Assembly (NCBI GenBank): GCA_964595465.1
Contig: CAZQQI010000007.1
Location: 3,930 to 67,929, forward strand
Direction of reading: 5' to 3'
DNA: 64,000 nt
Source of the DNA: an uncultured Planctomycetales bacterium
GTDB lineage: Bacteria; Omnitrophota; Gorgyraeia; Zapsychrales; JANLHA01
This document shows positions 59,201 to 64,000 of the stretch, piece by piece. The number at the start of each line of letters is the position of its first letter. Within the stretch, counting starts at the first letter, position 1. The position numbers and the translations under genes are program-made. The notes under the pieces were generated by a model. It worked only from the letters and a program-made list of their open reading frames with translations. It made no database searches and was not told where the DNA came from.

Positions 59201-59648
59201 TATCCGCACGGCGATCGATGAGGTCGTTCAGACCATGGGTGTGGTCGCAAAAAATAAAGGACTCAGTTTAAAAAAGAAAGTGCCGGAAAATATCCCTTCA
59301 GTTTATTTCGATCAATATCGGATTATACAGGTTTTGAATAACCTGGTGAACAACGCAATTAAATTTACTGAGAAGGGGGAGGTTGTCATCAGCGCTTCTG
59401 TTATGAAGGATTGTGTTGAGATCTCTGTGCGGGACACTGGGATCGGGATCAAGGCCGAGGATATGCATAAGCTGTTTCAGACCTTCAGCCAGATCCAGCA
59501 GGGGATCGCCCGTAAGCCCGGTGACAGCGGACTGGGTCTGGCGATCTCTAAAAAAATTATTAATGGACACGGCGGTGAGATTTGGGTAGAATCAGAACCC
59601 GGAGAAGGAAGCGCGTTCTTTTTTACACTTCCATTGACCCGGAGTTAG
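56247..59648 (+). CDS. Hybrid sensor histidine kinase: a periplasmic PhnD/SsuA-like substrate-binding domain, a TM helix, about four PAS/PAC domains, then HisKA and HATPase domains.
   Basis: A signal peptide is followed by a phosphonate-type SBP-like region (GVLADYSRDDVIRHW...FVIANPG), a TM helix (YWYVFFLVFLIFFYLMF) and multiple PAS domains. The H-box is HELRTPLTAIKES and the G2-box is GLGLAISKK. Confidence 0.8.
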   Translation: MCVLLKKSVSKKGLMFASKKNILCAVLFAASFFCATPAPAQSADGPESLYEIGVLADYSRDDVIRHWVPTARYLSDYIQHADFTIVPLNYSQIYGAVSKGQVDFVIANPGILVEAMYLYKVRCMASLSREYNGWEFTHYGSVLFTAQDSGIKTLGDLKGARFAAPAPDSFGGWILAAREMQYAGLNVQSDLSEIIFVGSHDHVVDAVLEGKADAGAVHSGVLEHLSLWAEVDLGRLRILKGRLTMNRSLEGLPFHTSTPLFPEWSIAKLPHVSEDLAGLVTEGLFRLSQLNPDAAQQGGYKRWIVPLNYTSVRQALSDVQGSQQGAAYRLLFLDFLRDYWYVFFLVFLIFFYLMFTILHRAGLSRALRRSKLALEKELLQHKQAEESLRESQKMLTLVMDSIPVRVFWKDRNLTYLGCNQVFAEDAGLLSSESIVGKTDYELSWTRDQADSFREYDQRVIGTGRPIYNIIESQQHADGNLYWLKTNKVPMRDSYGNVIGMLGTYEDITESRRAEEALRTSEAKYRDLVENANSIIIRLNARGDILFFNEFAEKYFGYSEDEVVGKNLKETILPSDIVPPEWVDNALNKILMDSDEWRFAENQNAKKNGEIVWVAWTNRAVVNEQGEKEILAVGTDITQRRHMEEELRKLFTAVEQSQNVILITDPRGDIEYVNPKFTELTGYQEEEVLGKNPRLLKSGESPPEVYKVLWQTIRDGETWRGEFHNRRKDGSLYWERAAISPVKNDQGETVYYIAIKEDITEQKKLSQELQKAFGRLKEMERIINLSNAMVFLWDPQDEWPVRFVSDNVRVLGYEPREFYENQLHFQHLIYEEDVAMVKAEVERNIKARKDEFSQQYRLQTRDGRVRWFEVYTWVTYWKAGQPSQYQGVAFDITERKLAEERMFEAINMKAEFISIVSHELRTPLTAIKESINIVIEDEDSGINDSQKHFLSIAKRNVDRLGVLINDVLDYQKLDAGQLKFQWQEGDIRTAIDEVVQTMGVVAKNKGLSLKKKVPENIPSVYFDQYRIIQVLNNLVNNAIKFTEKGEVVISASVMKDCVEISVRDTGIGIKAEDMHKLFQTFSQIQQGIARKPGDSGLGLAISKKIINGHGGEIWVESEPGEGSAFFFTLPLTRS

Positions 59649-59692
59649 CTTTTTATAAAGCGTGGCAAATGACCGTGTTTTAAGGGGGGCGT

Positions 59693-60055
59693 ATGGCTTA
59701 TAAAATTTTATTGGTGGACGACGAGCCTGATATCGTGCAGATCATATCTTTTCGGCTGGAAAAGGCCGGTTACGATGTTGACATTGCTGTGGACGGGGCC
59801 GGGGCGATGAAAGCGTATGAAAAAGGGTGCCCTGATCTGATTCTGCTGGATGTTATGCTGCCGGATATGGAAGGCTTTGATGTCTGTGCAAAGATCAAGG
59901 CCGCTGATCCCCAGCAGAAGATCATTATTTATACGGCCAAGGTCGACGGCGTTGATGCTGCTAAAGCCAGAAACTGCGGTGCCGATGAATTTACGGTCAA
60001 GACAACAGATTTGAAATTTATCCTCGAGGCGATTCAGAATTTGCTGTCAGCTTGA
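59693..60055 (+). CDS. Single-domain CheY-like response regulator.
   Basis: The receiver domain (ILLVDDEPD...DLILLDVMLPDMEGF...K) has no output domain. Confidence 0.85.
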   Translation: MAYKILLVDDEPDIVQIISFRLEKAGYDVDIAVDGAGAMKAYEKGCPDLILLDVMLPDMEGFDVCAKIKAADPQQKIIIYTAKVDGVDAAKARNCGADEFTVKTTDLKFILEAIQNLLSA

Positions 60056-60092
60056 TATTTCCGTTCCTTCATTGTTTTATTCTGCACACGAC

Positions 60093-60139
60093 CCCCGAAA
60101 AAACACAATATGTAAGTATAATTACGTATTGACACACAA
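60093..60139 (+). promoter_or_regulatory. Tandem NrdR boxes upstream of nrdD.
   Basis: Box 2 (ACACAATATCTAGTGT, 60124-60139) matches the NrdR palindrome consensus acaCwAtATaTwGtgt at 15 of 16 positions. Box 1 (ACACAATATGTAAGTA, 60093-60108) is a half-site match. The 31-bp spacing is typical. Confidence 0.55.
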
Positions 60140-60215
60140 TATCTAGTGTGTAAGATAGTGTTAGTCATAAGATCTCGTATTTCCCCTGAAGATGCTTTAA
60201 CCAAAGGAGGACGCT

Positions 60216-62324
60216 GTGGGTCCAACCGCAACCATCAGCAAAATCACCAAGCGCAATGGCGCCGCCGAAGAATTTGATCCCCAAAAGATTATCAATGCCA
60301 TTTTGAAAGCCGGCTCAGCGACCGGCGAGTTCGGAGACGTTGTCGCCCGTAATCTGACCATGCGGGCTATTAATATTGCCCAGCAGCTGTCGGCCAGCCG
60401 GTCTCTTTCCGTCGAAGATGTCCAGGATATTGTTGAAGAAGTCCTGCTGACGTCACCCTACCGCAAGACCGCTAAGGCTTACATTATATACCGTGACCAG
60501 CATGCCAAGATCCGTGAGATTACGTCTCGCAGCCAGGTGGGCCTGGTCGACCAGTATTTAGAGCGTCTCGACTGGAAGGTCAATGAGAACAGCAATATGT
60601 CTTATTCCCTTCAGGGGCTGAACAATTATATTTCGACGGAAGTCACCAAGATCTATTGGCTGAATAAGATATACCCGCCGGAGATCCGCGAAGCGCATAT
60701 GAACGGTGATCTTCATGTTCATGATCTGGGCCTGCTGAGTGTCTATTGTGTCGGCTGGGATCTGCAGGACCTTTTGCGTCAAGGGTTTCATGGAGCATCA
60801 GGAAAGATGGAGTCCTGTCCGGCCAGGCATTTCCGGACAGCCCTCGGACAAATTGTCAATTTCTTTTATACTCTGCAGGGAGAGGCGGCCGGAGCCCAGG
60901 CGTTCTCCAATTTCGACACCTTGCTGGCTCCGTTCATCCGGTACGACAGCCTGAGTGAGAAAGAAGTCAAACAGGCTCTGCAGGAGTTTGTCTTTAATGT
61001 TAATGTACCGACGCGGGTCGGTTTTCAGACACCGTTCACCAACCTCACGCTGGACCTGAACTGCCCATCGCATCTCAAAGATCAGGCTGTCATCTATAAA
61101 GGGGAACTGCAGAATGAGACGTATAAGGAATTTCAGCATGAGATGGATGTTCTGAACAAGGCCTTCCTTGAGGTTATGCTGGAAGGCGACGCCAAGGGCC
61201 GGGTCTTTACTTTTCCGATACCGACGTACAATATTACAGAGGATTTTGACTGGGATAATCAGAATATAGATCTGCTCTGGAAAATGACCGCCAAGTATGG
61301 GATCCCGTATTTCGCGAATTTTGTTAATTCGGAAATGAGCCCGGACGATGCCCGCAGTATGTGCTGCCGCCTGCGTCTGGACAATCGTGAACTGCGTAAG
61401 CGGGGAGGGGGCCTGTTCGGCGCCTCACCTCAGACCGGGTCTGCCGGCGTGGTGACGATCAACCTGCCGCGGCTGGGCTATCTGGCCAAGAACGCGGAAG
61501 ATTTCTATGCCCGCCTGGACCATTTAATGCTGCTGGCCCGGGAAAGCCTGGAGATCAAGCGCAAGGTTCTGGAAGACTTTACCGCTTCCGGTCTTTATCC
61601 GTATTCCCGGTTTTATCTGCGTGATGTGAAAAAGCGTAATGATCAGTACTGGATGAACCATTTTTCCACTATTGGTCTGGTCGGCATGAATGAAGCCTGT
61701 CTGAATATCTTTGGCGAGGACATCGCCTCGGAAAAAGGGCAGAAGTTTGCCGGTGAGGTGCTGGATTTCATGCGCGACCGCCTGGTCGCCTTCCAGGAGG
61801 AGACCGGAAATAATTATAATCTGGAAGCGACTCCGGCTGAAGGCGTGTCTTACAGAATGGCCCGTGTGGACAAGGACACCTATCAGGACATTGTCTGCGC
61901 CAACGAAGCGGATTATCAGGAAGGGAAGGATCCCTACTATACGAATTCGACCCATCTTCCGGTCAATTATTCTGATGATATCTTTGAGGTTCTGGATATC
62001 CAGGATAACCTGCAGATCAAGTATACCGGCGGGACGGTTCTGCATATCTTTGTCGGTGAACAGATCATGGATACTGAGGCACTCAAGCAGTTCATCCGTA
62101 CGGTGTGTCAGAAGTATCGTATGCCGTATTTCACCATCAGTCCGACCTTCAGTGTCTGTCCCAGCTGCGGCTATGTTGCCGGTGAGCACAGCCTTTGTCC
62201 TAAATGTGAAGATGAATGCGAAGTCTATTCCCGTGTGGTCGGGTATCTGCGCCCGGTCAAACAGTGGAATAAAGGCAAACAGGTGGAATTTCAGCAACGC
62301 AAGACGTTTAAAGTATGCGCATAG
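60216..62324 (+). CDS. nrdD: Anaerobic ribonucleoside-triphosphate reductase (class III).
   Basis: It has an N-terminal ATP-cone, a C-terminal Zn-ribbon (CPSCGY...CPKCEDEC) and a glycyl-radical motif (RVVGYLRP). The GTG start follows the SD aaggagg. Confidence 0.9.
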   Translation: MGPTATISKITKRNGAAEEFDPQKIINAILKAGSATGEFGDVVARNLTMRAINIAQQLSASRSLSVEDVQDIVEEVLLTSPYRKTAKAYIIYRDQHAKIREITSRSQVGLVDQYLERLDWKVNENSNMSYSLQGLNNYISTEVTKIYWLNKIYPPEIREAHMNGDLHVHDLGLLSVYCVGWDLQDLLRQGFHGASGKMESCPARHFRTALGQIVNFFYTLQGEAAGAQAFSNFDTLLAPFIRYDSLSEKEVKQALQEFVFNVNVPTRVGFQTPFTNLTLDLNCPSHLKDQAVIYKGELQNETYKEFQHEMDVLNKAFLEVMLEGDAKGRVFTFPIPTYNITEDFDWDNQNIDLLWKMTAKYGIPYFANFVNSEMSPDDARSMCCRLRLDNRELRKRGGGLFGASPQTGSAGVVTINLPRLGYLAKNAEDFYARLDHLMLLARESLEIKRKVLEDFTASGLYPYSRFYLRDVKKRNDQYWMNHFSTIGLVGMNEACLNIFGEDIASEKGQKFAGEVLDFMRDRLVAFQEETGNNYNLEATPAEGVSYRMARVDKDTYQDIVCANEADYQEGKDPYYTNSTHLPVNYSDDIFEVLDIQDNLQIKYTGGTVLHIFVGEQIMDTEALKQFIRTVCQKYRMPYFTISPTFSVCPSCGYVAGEHSLCPKCEDECEVYSRVVGYLRPVKQWNKGKQVEFQQRKTFKVCA

Positions 62325-63004
62325 GCGGACTGCAGAAAATCTCACTTATCGATTATCCCGGGAATGTTGCGGCCGTGGTCTTTACCCAGGGCTGCAACTT
62401 CCGGTGTCCTTACTGCCATAATGTCAATTTGGTATCCCCGGCATGTTTTGCTGATCCTATCTCAGAATACGATGTTTTGGATTTTCTCTCCACGAGAGTG
62501 GAAAAACTCAAGGGCGTTGTGGTGACAGGAGGCGAACCAACCCTTCAGCCGGATTTGCCGGAGTTTTTACAAAAGATACGCACGCTTGGGTTTTTGGTCA
62601 AGCTGGATACCAACGGCAGCCGCCCCGCTGTTCTGCGCTGGCTGATAGATGAAGGTTTGGTGGATTTTATCGCCATGGACATTAAGGCTCCGCTGGAACG
62701 TTATGACGAGGTTGCCGGTGTGCGTGTGAAGACAGACTATATCCGCCAATCCATTGATCTGATCAAGGGTTCCGGTATTTCTTATCAGTTCCGCACAACA
62801 GTTGTCAAATCACTATTGAGTGAAACAGATATCGGTCAGATTGCAGATATGCTGGGAGATATTGAGTACTATCGTCTGCAGAATTTTGCCGGTCAGGATG
62901 TTCTTTTGGATAACAGTCTTCTTGATCAGGCTCATTTTACTGAAGAAGAACTTTCCCGTCTCAGGGCACGCTGGGAGCGTCATCCCCAATCGGTGTGCTC
63001 TTAA
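62315..63004 (+). CDS. nrdG: Anaerobic RNR activating protein (radical SAM).
   Basis: The CNFRCPYCHN radical-SAM cluster motif is present and the gene overlaps the nrdD stop. Confidence 0.85.
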   Translation: MRIGGLQKISLIDYPGNVAAVVFTQGCNFRCPYCHNVNLVSPACFADPISEYDVLDFLSTRVEKLKGVVVTGGEPTLQPDLPEFLQKIRTLGFLVKLDTNGSRPAVLRWLIDEGLVDFIAMDIKAPLERYDEVAGVRVKTDYIRQSIDLIKGSGISYQFRTTVVKSLLSETDIGQIADMLGDIEYYRLQNFAGQDVLLDNSLLDQAHFTEEELSRLRARWERHPQSVCS

Positions 63005-63513
63005 TCTTTCTTTTCTTCTGAATCATCATCCTGGTTTTCCGCCTTTTCTCCGGAAGCGGAATGGTCCGGGGTACGGTAGGAGAGTTTTTTGATCTGGTCA
63101 AGGAAGCGGTCTGTGTCGAGGGGTTTGGGGTGGAAGGCATCGGCACCCGCGGCCAGAAAGGAATCTTCGGTATTGCGGCGGGCGGAAAGGACGAGGATCG
63201 GGATCTCCTTGGTCTCGTCATTCTTTTTCAGTTCTTTAAAGAAGCTGAAACCGTCCATTTCAGGCATCAGGAAATCTGTGACAATAATATGCGGCATGGT
63301 ATCGGGTTTCAGTGAGTCCCAGCCTTCCTGTCCGTTTTGAGCGGTCAGCACCTCGAACCCGGTGGAAGTCAATATTTTGGATACCAATTCTGCGCTGGTC
63401 GGGTCATCTTCAACCAGCAGAACACGTTTTCCCTCGCCGAAGGGAGGGAGGCTGTTTTCCGGTTTAGCTGCAGGTTCTTGAGAAGCTGTCTGCTCTGTGC
63501 TGGATTCATTCAT
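63001..63513 (-). CDS. Single-domain CheY-like response regulator with a low-complexity N-terminal extension.
   Basis: The receiver motifs are VLLVEDDP...IIVTDFLMPEMDGF...K. Confidence 0.8.
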   Translation of the reverse strand: MNESSTEQTASQEPAAKPENSLPPFGEGKRVLLVEDDPTSAELVSKILTSTGFEVLTAQNGQEGWDSLKPDTMPHIIVTDFLMPEMDGFSFFKELKKNDETKEIPILVLSARRNTEDSFLAAGADAFHPKPLDTDRFLDQIKKLSYRTPDHSASGEKAENQDDDSEEKKD

Positions 63514-63688
63514 AAAGGCATTCTCTTATAATTTGCGGATAAAGTCAATATCAGGAGGCTAGTATTTTTCTCCCGCAGAAATTTTTGCGATAATTGGGAA
63601 TTCCGCCTTTTCTTTTTTTGTTCTCTGGTATATAATGGAACAAATTTTCGTTATACATCCTGTTACAAATTCCACTGTGAAATATTAA

Positions 63689-64000
<312 letters not shown>

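Overview
This 64 kb window is gene-dense and almost entirely + strand, with about 55% GC. The gene content points to an anaerobic bacterium with a diderm envelope: nrdDG with NrdR boxes, a pyruvate:ferredoxin oxidoreductase start at the window end, ADP-forming acetyl-CoA synthetase, an MbfA-like transporter, a secretin and an OprP-like porin. I found no tRNA, rRNA, CRISPR, transposase or integrase signatures; the window looks chromosomal rather than mobile.

Reading left to right:
- A tight four-gene operon at 2..3206: an APH-like kinase (5' truncated by the window edge), an ATP-grasp ligase, an HprK-related P-loop kinase and a small amphipathic Trp-containing protein. This resembles the poorly understood GAK system. 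A small secreted protein and a terminator follow.
- A GH94-like glycoside phosphorylase, an MbfA-like ferritin/VIT1 transporter, and a TudS-like DUF523-DUF1722 protein. The TudS-like gene is preceded by a structured 150-bp element carrying the same 18-nt motif that forms the NrdR boxes upstream of nrdD.
- A YfhO-family membrane protein on the minus strand, then a leaderless gene encoding a fusion of a uridine-kinase/PRK-like domain and a DapA-like domain.
- A complete Pho module: a phoB/phoR-like two-component pair, direct-repeat Pho boxes, a small ORF, a porin, pstSCAB, phoU and a strong terminator.
- A full type IV pilus / T2SS-like cluster: ATPase, platform protein, major pilin, a fused PilM-PilN, PilO, PilP, secretin, and three minor pseudopilins, one of them 753 aa.
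- An alpha-glucan module: an XRE-HTH::CBM48 fusion regulator, a lysine-rich DUF4912-like protein and a GH57 enzyme.
- A LuxI/NAS-like acyltransferase followed by the most unusual feature, a 1673-aa signal-anchored protein. It embeds a UDP-sugar pyrophosphorylase-like domain and a complete nucleoside diphosphate kinase domain, followed by a coiled coil.
- Housekeeping genes: cvpA, a HIT protein, ADP-forming acetyl-CoA synthetase, a second pilin on the minus strand, an ArsB/NhaD permease, a rhomboid protease, purU, a U32 peptidase, a Pif1 helicase and metY.
- A PhnD-like-SBP::PAS::histidine-kinase hybrid with a partner CheY, then nrdDG, a minus-strand CheY, and the 5' end of PFOR.

All calls rest on motif-level reading of the supplied translations; no database search was run.
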